Positions 37,149-45,418 of a DNA stretch of 64,000 nt are shown here, in pieces (the stretch's first letter is position 1; the number at the start of each line of letters is the position of its first letter). Source of the DNA: a virus. The position numbers were made by a program, and so were the translations under genes. The DNA lies in the IMG/VR virus record IMGVR_UViG_2974521666_000001; one strand, given 5' to 3'. The notes beneath the pieces were generated by a model. That model saw nothing but the letters and a program-made list of their open reading frames with translations. It did no database searches and was not told where the DNA came from.

Positions 37149-38345
37149 ATGGGCGCAGAAACCATGGAGTGGTACAACAACTTCTGCCTGATCGGGCACA
37201 CCAATCAGCGTGGAAAGAGTTGGCACTATATGGAGTCCATGCAGGGAGAGGAGCCGAATCATTACCCCGAGGGCATCCCGTATGACGATGTTGTACGGCG
37301 GCTATTCAATTGGAAGCCAATGCTTACCCGTACGGCAAACATGATTCCATGTGAGTTGCTACGGGATGAGGCAGGACAGCCCTTGACCGACGACCAGGGA
37401 CGCCGTCGCTACGAACCTGAGCCGTCAGTATGGGTTCAGCGTGTGGACAGCAACGGCAACCCAGTGTTCCACGAGGGCCGTCCGGTCAACGTTCCCATGA
37501 AACTGGTAGAGGTCCATGACAAACGGGGCCTGGTCCGTAGCGACAACTACCTGGAGCTGGGGCACCCCGGCAAGAACTACAAGATCCACGACTACGAGGA
37601 GTGGCTCTTGCAGTTGCTATCCAACGTGATTGGGGACACTCTCGACATTTGGTCAGCAATCCTGTTGCGCAATGGCGCTCAGGCCTGTGTCCAGGTGGCT
37701 CTTCCTGAGACGGCTCACGACAGCACAACTGGAATGGACTTTGTTCCATACGTCCACTGCTATACGAGCCTAGACAGTAGTCTGGCTACCACTTTCGCTG
37801 GCCAAACGCTGTTGATCGTGTGCGACAACACGATGACTGCGGCCAACGCAAGAGCAGCCAAGGCAGGGCGGCAGTACAAGGCACGTCACACGTCCGGAAG
37901 CCTTGAGACCCACAAGATCTCTGAGGTCCGGCAAGCCCTGTCGATTATTCACCAAACCGCAGACAGCTCTATGGAATTCTTCCACAAGCTGGCTGCCATT
38001 GAAGTGCCCAACAAGAAGTGGATTGAGGTGCTAGACATCATCATTCCACCGGGTGATCCCAACAAGGACAGCACCAGGACCGTTCGTGGTCGTGAGTCCA
38101 AGAGGGAACACCTGAACAGCGTGTACCAAAGTGACCCTATGGCGAATACCTGGAAAGGTACTGGCCTTGGGGTGGTACAGGCAATCAACACCTACGCAAC
38201 CCACTACGCGCCACTGCGCGGCCGCTCCCGTGTTCAGGGCAACGCTGCCAAGCTGGTGGACGGTGAGTTTGCCAAGGTGGACAGCAAGAGCGTGCAGGCC
38301 CTTGCTCAAGTGATGGATATGCCAGAGTTGTTGACTACCAACTAG
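37149..38345 (+). CDS. hypothetical protein (398 aa), possibly DUF932/TIGR03299-like phage-plasmid protein
   Basis: ATG after AAGAGGATGG. The family guess is from memory of its size and N-terminal features only. Confidence 0.35.
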   Translation: MGAETMEWYNNFCLIGHTNQRGKSWHYMESMQGEEPNHYPEGIPYDDVVRRLFNWKPMLTRTANMIPCELLRDEAGQPLTDDQGRRRYEPEPSVWVQRVDSNGNPVFHEGRPVNVPMKLVEVHDKRGLVRSDNYLELGHPGKNYKIHDYEEWLLQLLSNVIGDTLDIWSAILLRNGAQACVQVALPETAHDSTTGMDFVPYVHCYTSLDSSLATTFAGQTLLIVCDNTMTAANARAAKAGRQYKARHTSGSLETHKISEVRQALSIIHQTADSSMEFFHKLAAIEVPNKKWIEVLDIIIPPGDPNKDSTRTVRGRESKREHLNSVYQSDPMANTWKGTGLGVVQAINTYATHYAPLRGRSRVQGNAAKLVDGEFAKVDSKSVQALAQVMDMPELLTTN

Positions 38346-38353
38346 TCTGGTGC

Positions 38354-38393
38354 GGGTGACTGGCAGCCACCGGGGTTCAAGGCCCCGGCACCC
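38354..38393 (+). ncRNA. tRNA-like minihelix TLM-14
   Basis: GGGTG-ACTGGCAGCCA-CCGGGG-TTCAAGG-CCCCGG-CACCC. 40 nt, 8-nt gap after the stop. Last copy of the array. Confidence 0.7.
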
Positions 38394-38565
38394 ACTTACT
38401 CGTGATGGATAACAGCCTGGGTTACTAGCCTGAGCATCTCAGTGTTAGTCCTACGGCTATCTCATTTTTCGTGCCAAGCAGGCTCTCGTGTGTTATGATC
38501 CGGGGCAGGGTTAGGGCCTAGGCCCGACGCCCTAGACTCCCTACGGAACACACAGAGGATGGCCC

Positions 38566-39144
38566 ATGGCATTACCAGCCGAGGAACCAGTTGTTAAGGC
38601 AATGAAGATTGCCGTTGCAGCGAAACGCAATGACTGGCATGGCAATATCGAGGCCCCGTTGGTGGACGGGATTCGCCACACAACAGTGATAGCAACCAGA
38701 AACGATGAGAGGCTGGAGGTTTCATACAAAGGCAACGCATATGAAGCTGGAGAGTACCGGATCTTTGACCGTCGTCAAAACCTACACTGTGCCAGCGTAG
38801 CTTTAGAGAAGGTTGAGGGGTGGCCGGACATCCTGGACTTGTTCAAGGCGTTCCCCAACAAGAACAAACCCAATCTAGTAGAAACATATCGCCGGCTGCC
38901 ATTCGATGAACATACGGACACACCGGAATTCATCATGGAGCAGATGATCGGCCGTCAGCTGTTCTGGTTCTCGCACGAGTACAACAGGCTGGACTTTGAC
39001 GTAGTCCTGCAACCTCGCAAGAGCAACTCGAAGAACTTTCGCATAGCGCCAGTAGGCCATCGGAAGATCTTTCACTTCATGGGAGCCAAGGCAGGCTTCC
39101 GTTCTGTCATTCTCGACACAATCATCAAGGTAGGCAACGCATGA
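38566..39144 (+). CDS. hypothetical protein (192 aa)
   Basis: ATG 3 nt after CAGAGGATGG. Confidence 0.6.
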   Translation: MALPAEEPVVKAMKIAVAAKRNDWHGNIEAPLVDGIRHTTVIATRNDERLEVSYKGNAYEAGEYRIFDRRQNLHCASVALEKVEGWPDILDLFKAFPNKNKPNLVETYRRLPFDEHTDTPEFIMEQMIGRQLFWFSHEYNRLDFDVVLQPRKSNSKNFRIAPVGHRKIFHFMGAKAGFRSVILDTIIKVGNA

Positions 39145-39785
39145 CCGCAGTGTATCCCAACGACGTAGACGCTGTACTGGATCAGTGCATCCGGGAAGAC
39201 AAGGCCCTTAAAGAGGCCCGGGAGTACGCCTCTGACATGGAGCTTCCGGACATTGCTGTATCCGTGCAGCAAGCGAAGTTCCTTGAGCTGTTAGTTCGTA
39301 CAGCCAAGGCCAAGAACGTCCTAGAGATCGGCACACTGGCAGGCTACAGCACCATTGCCCTAGCCCGCGCCGTCGGGGAGGACGGGTACGTGACCACCGT
39401 GGAGTATGAGCCACGGCACGCCAAGGTTGCACATGTGAACCTGTATCACGCTGGAATCCACCACAGAACCAGTGTGTTGGTAGGGGATGCACACGACATC
39501 TTGCCCAAGCTGGAGCCAAACTCGTTTGACTTCATCTTCATTGACGCCGACAAGGAGTCCAACGAGGCTTACTTCAAGTACGCGTACGGCCTTGGCACAG
39601 AAGACGTTACCGTGGTGGTGGACAACGTGATTCGCGACGGCAGGGTGCTGGACCCTAGCAGGCCGGACAAGCGGGAATTCATAGAGTTCCTCGGCCGTCA
39701 GCCTGCATTTGACGTATCCGTTATCCAGACAACGGGTTCCAAGGGCTGGGACGGGTTCGTGCTGGCCAAGCGAAAGGTGATGTGA
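39141..39785 (+). CDS. SAM-dependent O-methyltransferase (class I, family 3 / CCoAOMT-like)
   Basis: VLEIGTLAGYSTIALA is SAM motif I. FDFIFIDADKESNEAYF is typical of cation-dependent O-MTases. Confidence 0.7.
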   Translation: MTAVYPNDVDAVLDQCIREDKALKEAREYASDMELPDIAVSVQQAKFLELLVRTAKAKNVLEIGTLAGYSTIALARAVGEDGYVTTVEYEPRHAKVAHVNLYHAGIHHRTSVLVGDAHDILPKLEPNSFDFIFIDADKESNEAYFKYAYGLGTEDVTVVVDNVIRDGRVLDPSRPDKREFIEFLGRQPAFDVSVIQTTGSKGWDGFVLAKRKVM

Positions 39786-39928
39786 TGGCTCGTCTGTTAA
39801 CCATCCACATTCAGACTCAACGTAGGGACCGTACTGTTGTCGCCAAGATGACACGGTGCCAGTGCCTCAAGGCTGCTTGTATCATGGTCTGGGCTGCGCT
39901 CACTGGAGATTCGGAGAACCACGAGTGA
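39785..39928 (+). CDS. hypothetical small protein (47 aa), not in ORF track
   Basis: TGATG coupling to the O-MTase stop. Open frame MARLLTIHIQTQRRDRTVVAKMTRCQCLKAACIMVWAALTGDSENHE. Confidence 0.3.
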   Translation: MARLLTIHIQTQRRDRTVVAKMTRCQCLKAACIMVWAALTGDSENHE

Positions 39929-39976
39929 ACACAGTGGAGTTCAGGCTCGCAGCCGGCGCGAAAGGCGTAGTGGTAT

Positions 39977-40306
39977 ATGATTATTGAGTCAACACGTGAA
40001 TTCATGATTTCGTGCGATTCGTTTAGGATCGAATGCAACCAATGTGGTGATTGGTCAAATGGCTTGTCCCGCAACGATCTTGATGAGTTCAAAGCCAAGC
40101 ATGAGCACAAGAACGAACGCTTCTATGTCCAATGCAATTCAGAGGGCGAAGATTTGGCCGTAGTGAAAATGACCTACGATCAACAGGCCGTAATCGAAAA
40201 GTTTGAACGAGATTCGGCGCGAAAACGTCAGTGGCGCAAAGAGAATGAGGGCAAATTTGCCACTCATGAGGAAATGATGGAGGCGTACAAAAAGGAATTT
40301 GGTTGA
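39977..40306 (+). CDS. hypothetical protein (109 aa) in low-GC island
   Basis: ATG ORF. Local composition is visibly AT-richer than its surroundings. Confidence 0.5.
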   Translation: MIIESTREFMISCDSFRIECNQCGDWSNGLSRNDLDEFKAKHEHKNERFYVQCNSEGEDLAVVKMTYDQQAVIEKFERDSARKRQWRKENEGKFATHEEMMEAYKKEFG

Positions 40307-40391
40307 TGAATCTTAGCAGGGCCACCCGTGTGGACTGCACCAACATCATCACCGCTCTTACTGCGGCTCTAGAAGATAGGTAGGTTTTAGG

Positions 40392-42152
40392 GTGCCACAA
40401 TCAGACCTCGGAGTTGCCCTTCACAGTAGGCCGTTCCAGCTAGCAGGCGCACGGTTTGCCATGCGACATAAGAACGTACTGATTGCCGATGAACCTGGAC
40501 TCGGTAAGACCATCCAGGCCATTGCAGCTGTAACAGGTAACAAGACTACGGGTTCCGTGCTGATTGTGGCACCCAAAACCGCTGCGTACGTAACATGGCC
40601 AGCTGAGCTACGGCGCTGGTTACACGATCTTGCACCAGATGACCCTGTGCGTATCATCACCGGCAATGCAGACAAGCGTACTCGCATAGCGTTGCTACGA
40701 GATACGGTCAAGTGGGAGACCTCCAGCCAGCGCGCGGGCCAACGCCAGTGGGTTATCGTATCTCCTAACTACTTACGCTTCAAGATTGAGTGCGATGACA
40801 AGGGGCGCTACGTCCATGACGACAAGGGCAACAAGATCATCACCCCGGTACGTGAGGCCCTGAAGCCTCTGCTGTACATACAGTGGGCTGCCGTGATTGT
40901 TGACGAGGCCCACGAAACCCTAGCTGGTGCTACGGGAAACTTGAAGAAGCAAAGTGCTCAGAGCAGAGGCCTACGTCTGCTTGACATTCGTGAAGACGGA
41001 ATGCGACTTGCGTTGTCTGGCACGCCCTTTCGTGGTAAGCACGAGAACATCTGGGGCATCCTCAACTGGATTGACCCTGTGGAGTACAACGCCAATGGTG
41101 GCCCTAACTCTTACTGGAAGTGGGTCTACAGGTACTTCCAGGTCTACCACGACGACGTATTCGATACGGACGTTATCGGAAAGCTGCGCAGTGAACGCGA
41201 CTTGCGAGCTGCATTAAAGCCGTACATGATTCGGCGCACCAAGAAGAAAGTGCTACCGGAGCTACCGGATAAGCAATACGGTGGCACACCGCTGTACCCA
41301 AAGAAGAAGCCTCCCAAAGAGCTACTGGACGCCGTAGCCCGCGCTGCGGAGGAGCAGAAGGCCAATCCCAAGGCAAGGCTAGGTTACCGGAAGGCACAAG
41401 CCAAGCTGGCTGGGTGGTACGACAAGAACAACCCCGTTGCAGTATGGCTTCCGATGGACGGCAAGCAACGTACAGCCTACAACCAGATGAAGACCCAGGC
41501 CATGGCCAACATCGAAGGTGGTACGCTGCTAGCCAATTCGTTGTTGGCTGAGATGACAAGGCTTAAGCAGTTTGCGAATAGCTATGGGAGACTAGACGAA
41601 CAGGGCAATTACCACCCTGATATGCCCTCGAACAAATTCGACTGGATACTCCAGTTCCTTAATGAGAGAGGCATTTACGGCCCAGAACCAAGCGGCAACA
41701 GGATCATCATTGCATCCCAGTTCACTAAGCACATCAACCTGTTTGCGCAAGTCTTGTTAGAACAGTACAAGATACCGAATTACAAGATCACCGGTGCCAC
41801 CAGTGCAGATGAGAGACTACGGATTCAAGAGGAATTCCAGTCTGGGCAGACGCCGGCTGGTAAGCCGAGTCCGGAAGTGTTGCTACTGAATACGAAAGCT
41901 GGTGGCGTGGGCATCACCCTGGATGCTGCCGACGACATGATCGTGGTGGACAGTACCCACAACGTGGATGATCAAGTGCAACTAGAAGATCGGATTCACC
42001 GCATCTCCAGGATACATAGCGTTACTATCTGGAACCTTGTTACCAAGGGTACTATCGACGAGAAGATCTTACGAGCCACCCGTAAGACGGGCCGTAGTCT
42101 TAAGCGTATCTTGGACACACCAGAGGCAGCTAAGGACTTATTGGAGAGCTGA
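40392..42152 (+). CDS. SNF2/Rad54-family helicase
   Basis: LIADEPGLGKT (motif I), VIVDEAHE (DEAH box), and LLLNTKAGGVGITL with QLEDRIHRI (motifs V/VI). Confidence 0.85.
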   Translation: MPQSDLGVALHSRPFQLAGARFAMRHKNVLIADEPGLGKTIQAIAAVTGNKTTGSVLIVAPKTAAYVTWPAELRRWLHDLAPDDPVRIITGNADKRTRIALLRDTVKWETSSQRAGQRQWVIVSPNYLRFKIECDDKGRYVHDDKGNKIITPVREALKPLLYIQWAAVIVDEAHETLAGATGNLKKQSAQSRGLRLLDIREDGMRLALSGTPFRGKHENIWGILNWIDPVEYNANGGPNSYWKWVYRYFQVYHDDVFDTDVIGKLRSERDLRAALKPYMIRRTKKKVLPELPDKQYGGTPLYPKKKPPKELLDAVARAAEEQKANPKARLGYRKAQAKLAGWYDKNNPVAVWLPMDGKQRTAYNQMKTQAMANIEGGTLLANSLLAEMTRLKQFANSYGRLDEQGNYHPDMPSNKFDWILQFLNERGIYGPEPSGNRIIIASQFTKHINLFAQVLLEQYKIPNYKITGATSADERLRIQEEFQSGQTPAGKPSPEVLLLNTKAGGVGITLDAADDMIVVDSTHNVDDQVQLEDRIHRISRIHSVTIWNLVTKGTIDEKILRATRKTGRSLKRILDTPEAAKDLLES

Positions 42153-42154
42153 GC

Positions 42155-42457
42155 ATGACGTGCTTCTTACTTACAGTAGGTTCTGGCCTCTTGGGCATCG
42201 TCGCAGGTAGTTGGGTCACGTGGCGTGTGAACGAGCGGCTCTTTAATCGTCTGCAGGCCCGTCGGGCCACCCTGGAGCTGATCAGGGAACTGGAAAACCG
42301 TAGAGTCGCAACGGAATCCGACCGTGAGCACCTTGTGCGGGCCAGGGCCGGAGCACCAGCGCGTGTCAACGACGGGATGACTACTAAGCCAGGCACGCTC
42401 GCCCGGTACCTGCGTGATACAGCTGCTGCTAACAAATTCGCCCCGAAACGGGGTTGA
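42155..42457 (+). CDS. membrane-anchored hypothetical protein (100 aa)
   Basis: N-terminal hydrophobic segment CFLLTVGSGLLGIVAGSWV. Confidence 0.5.
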   Translation: MTCFLLTVGSGLLGIVAGSWVTWRVNERLFNRLQARRATLELIRELENRRVATESDREHLVRARAGAPARVNDGMTTKPGTLARYLRDTAAANKFAPKRG

Positions 42458-42538
42458 CAGGCCGCTGGCGGTGGTGTATCGTTGTCGTCGTCAGGCCACC
42501 GGGGCATCCCGGAAGAACGAAAAGGGAAGAGACACAAC

Positions 42539-42988
42539 ATGACTGTTGAGACGACCGAAAAGACGGGCCGTGGCGGCGCTCGTGGACCTCGTGTGTTCAA
42601 GGACACGCCGACTCCCCGCGACCGGGTGATCAGTGAGTCGTTGGCCGACAAGGTCAAAGAGCTCACCGGCAAGACCATTTCGCCGGAGGACTGCCGCGCC
42701 GTCAAGTTCAGTCTCTCTCGGTGGTACGAAGACCCTGCCACCAAGGAACTGCTGAACGACATGGACGCTCAGCTCAAGAAGGCCAAGGCCAAGGAGAAGG
42801 CCGAGAAGGCCCGCAAGCTCCTGGAAGAGGCCCAGCGGGAGCTGGAAGACGCTGAGGAAGACGACGATTCGGACGACGCGTCGGACGAGGACACCCAGGC
42901 CGCTGCTGCGGACGAGGACGACGAGGACGACGAGGACTCGTTGTTCGACGACGAGGACGAGGACGACAAGGTCAGCGCGACCTTCTGA
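42539..42988 (+). CDS. protein with extremely acidic C-terminal tail (149 aa)
   Basis: ATG 42539 after AAAAGGGAAGAG, inside ORF 42482... The last ~45 aa are almost entirely D/E. Confidence 0.55.
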   Translation: MTVETTEKTGRGGARGPRVFKDTPTPRDRVISESLADKVKELTGKTISPEDCRAVKFSLSRWYEDPATKELLNDMDAQLKKAKAKEKAEKARKLLEEAQRELEDAEEDDDSDDASDEDTQAAAADEDDEDDEDSLFDDEDEDDKVSATF

Positions 42989-44151
42989 TCCGGTCCTCTA
43001 GGGCAGCTACCGAATTGGGGATTAAGTAGCCCCACTACCATCCTCTGGTGAAGAAGATTGCACGGCCTCCCCGTACAGCCACGCAATGTCTCCCCAGTTC
43101 GGTAGCTCTAAAGGGTAGAGAGACATCGACACTCAGCACGTATTGAGTAGCCCCTCGGCAAGCTGAAAACGTCTGTCTCTCTACTCCTTAGGGCAGGACC
43201 TGCCCTCCAGTGACCGGGGTACGCACCAGCGAAGAGTCAAGTACAGTCCCTCCAAGCCTGGAAGACCCAGTAGCACAGAGCCTCTGCCCCGGTACACGGG
43301 AATTGTTCTTACACAGTTGAATATACTTCGAGCCTGATCGATAGGCAGTAGCAATGCTGCTGAAAGGCCGGTTGATCCCCGGTCGCCTAGTAATCCTAGG
43401 TAACTCAGGCAATCCAGTACCTTCGCCCATCTGAACGGTGGTGGGACGCAGGCAAGCAGAGCGGGCCAGGCCGATACGGTGAGGCCAGTCGTGTACGCAG
43501 CGACTCAAACGCTATAAGCTGCAAGCCTGATGGTTGGTACATGGGAGGGATACATAGTGCGAGTAGGCATACAAGTGCGGTATCCATGGAGGCCCCAAGG
43601 CGTGGTTGGCGAATCACGTAGGAGCTGAAGAGCACAAGTAGCGGGCACGTGAAAGTGCGATGGCGTGGTGCATTCTGTGGCTCAAAAGGCGACGGAACAC
43701 CTGGGGCAGCACGTCGTCAGATCGTATGGCCTGGTCTCCCTAAGGGACCACCAAAGCGCTCAGGCAAGAGCACTACCATTGGGAGGTAGCAACGGTGTAA
43801 AAGCCGTTTCCGGTTCGACTCCGGCAAAGCAAAAGTCTGTCCCCGCTAGCAACGAAAGTACCCTAATCCCTAGGGCTTACGCCAACTAGGGCACCGGAAG
43901 GCTCGCAAGGCCGACTGGTGTTGCTAGACAAAGTAGTGCAGGTAGGGGGAGGCCACCCCTGACCGAATCGAAACGTCAGCGAGTAGTTCGCTAGTGTAGG
44001 TAGTGGTTCCGCCAATCAAACGGGACCGGGTACGGTGGCTGCAAGTGGGAGCTTGCGGACAAGGAACTAACACATAAGGTTCTGAAAGGCCACTGGGATT
44101 AGGGTCAAGTCTACGCCCTTTCCACCCCTAACAACAAGAGGATGGTAACTC
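42989..44151 (+). ncRNA. 1.16-kb ORF-free, highly base-paired region (candidate large structured RNA or replication origin)
   Basis: No credible ORF or RBS. 16-bp helix 43005-43020/43092-43107, 13-bp helix 43113-43125/43174-43186, many local hairpins, and a T-arm-like CCGG-TTCGACT-CCGG at 43810-43824. Confidence 0.4.
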
Positions 44152-45321
44152 ATGGATAACGTTCCGTTGCTACGCAACTCAGAACGGCACGACTTCAAGC
44201 GATGCCCCTTGCGCTGGTGGTGGCGCTATGGCGAGCACCTCGTGCCTGTCAACTTCTCTACTGGCCCACTGGTTTTCGGAAGCCTTGGCCACCTTGCCCT
44301 AGCAGAGCACTACATTCCAGGCCGCAAGCGTGGAATCGACCCACGCGAGACCTGGGACAAGATTACCCAAGAGCTATGGGACTCAGTCAAAGTCGAAAAG
44401 TTCGTCGACGACGAGATTGAGGGTACTTGGGAGGACGCCCGCGTGCTGGGCCACGAAATGCTCGGGCACTACCTGGAACACTACGGCAATGACGAGCACT
44501 GGGAAGTCCTGTGGACAGAAGACCAGTTCCACCAACGTATTCCACACCCTGATGACCTACGCAAGCAGGCCAAGAGACCTCGCCCCATTGTGGAATACGT
44601 AGGGACCATAGACCTGATCGTTCGGAATCACATCACAGGTCTGATCGAGTACGTGGACCACAAGTTCATGAAAACCATAGAGGTAGATCACCTTTACATT
44701 GATGACCAGAACGGTGGTTACCTTGCCATCGGCACACACGAGCTGCGAAAAAGGGGGCTGATTGGGCCTCGAGAGTCAGTTCGTGTGCTGGTCTACAACT
44801 TCCTGCGCAAGGCTAAGCCGGACCAAAGGCCCCGTAACGCTGATGGCAAGTACACCAACCTTCCTACCAAGGAAGACTACGTCAAAGCCATTCAGGCATA
44901 CCTAGACCAGCGTGGCAAAGGCGATATCGGAGACTACATCTCCTCGAGGGCCAAGAAAGAAGAATACGAATCCCTTGCTAGGGGATTGAATTTGGTTGTG
45001 CTGGGCGAGGTCTCTAAGAGTCAGCCTGCCCCGTACTTCCACCGGGAGCGCATTGAGCGCACCAATGCCGAACGCAACGTACAGATCAAGCGCATCGGCC
45101 AAGAGGCTTTGGTTATGGAGCAGTTCAGGTCTCGCCGGCTGCCCATCTACAAGACACCAACACGTGACTGCAAATGGGACTGTAGCTTTTTCGACCTCTG
45201 CCAGATCCACGAAAGCGGTGGAGACGTAGAGTTTGCCAAGAGCCACATGTTCCGCAAAGAAGACCCGTACCAAGAGTACTACTCTGGTGCAGAGTCACCG
45301 AAACTGTTGCGCGACAGGTAG
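44152..45321 (+). CDS. RecB/Cas4-family exonuclease
   Basis: ATG after AAGAGGATGG. N-terminal Cys (RCPLRWWW) plus a C-terminal CKWDCSFFDLC cluster around a PD-(D/E)XK-type core. Confidence 0.7.
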   Translation: MDNVPLLRNSERHDFKRCPLRWWWRYGEHLVPVNFSTGPLVFGSLGHLALAEHYIPGRKRGIDPRETWDKITQELWDSVKVEKFVDDEIEGTWEDARVLGHEMLGHYLEHYGNDEHWEVLWTEDQFHQRIPHPDDLRKQAKRPRPIVEYVGTIDLIVRNHITGLIEYVDHKFMKTIEVDHLYIDDQNGGYLAIGTHELRKRGLIGPRESVRVLVYNFLRKAKPDQRPRNADGKYTNLPTKEDYVKAIQAYLDQRGKGDIGDYISSRAKKEEYESLARGLNLVVLGEVSKSQPAPYFHRERIERTNAERNVQIKRIGQEALVMEQFRSRRLPIYKTPTRDCKWDCSFFDLCQIHESGGDVEFAKSHMFRKEDPYQEYYSGAESPKLLRDR

Positions 45322-45418
45322 ATTCGTGGTACACTGTGGCCACGCTCGAGGACGTACGAGTAACTCTTAGTAGCACATCACAATTCGCCTCACGAGTAAC
45401 TGAGTAAGGGAGACTATT

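Noticed and set aside
31050-38393. Canonical tRNA genes, suggested by 15 GGTTCGA(G/A)TCC-type T-arm matches.
   Set aside because: Each T-arm begins only 22-36 nt after a stop codon. There is no D-arm or anticodon arm, and the outer stem is 5-6 bp with an 11-nt linker. The longer copy at 36095 also fails to give a 5-bp/7-nt anticodon arm.
31050-38393. A CRISPR array, suggested by regularly spaced structured repeats.
   Set aside because: The repeats differ in sequence (covarying stems), the spacers are 200-1200 bp protein-coding genes, and there are no cas genes.
31050-38393. attP or integration-site relics, since phage attP sites often copy tRNA 3' ends.
   Set aside because: There is no integrase or excisionase in the window. 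The 15 copies follow strict stop-codon-linked placement on one strand, which does not fit integration scars.
40306-40383. 25-aa ORF (MNLSRATRVDCTNIITALTAALEDR) between the low-GC gene and the SNF2 helicase.
   Set aside because: It is too short, and apart from the TGATG overlap it has no supporting features.
43780-43835. tmRNA or tRNA 3' end, suggested by CCGG-TTCGACT-CCGG at 43810-43824.
   Set aside because: - The stem is only 4 bp.
- No complementary acceptor 5' strand is found.
- There is no GGGGCUGA-type 5' end or tag reading frame nearby.
43188-43889. Short ORFs inside the 1.16-kb gap (43188-43508 minus, 43405-43635 minus, 43665-43889 plus).
   Set aside because: - No SD-like sequence.
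- GTG or weak starts.
- Low-complexity translations.
- They cut across strong helices.
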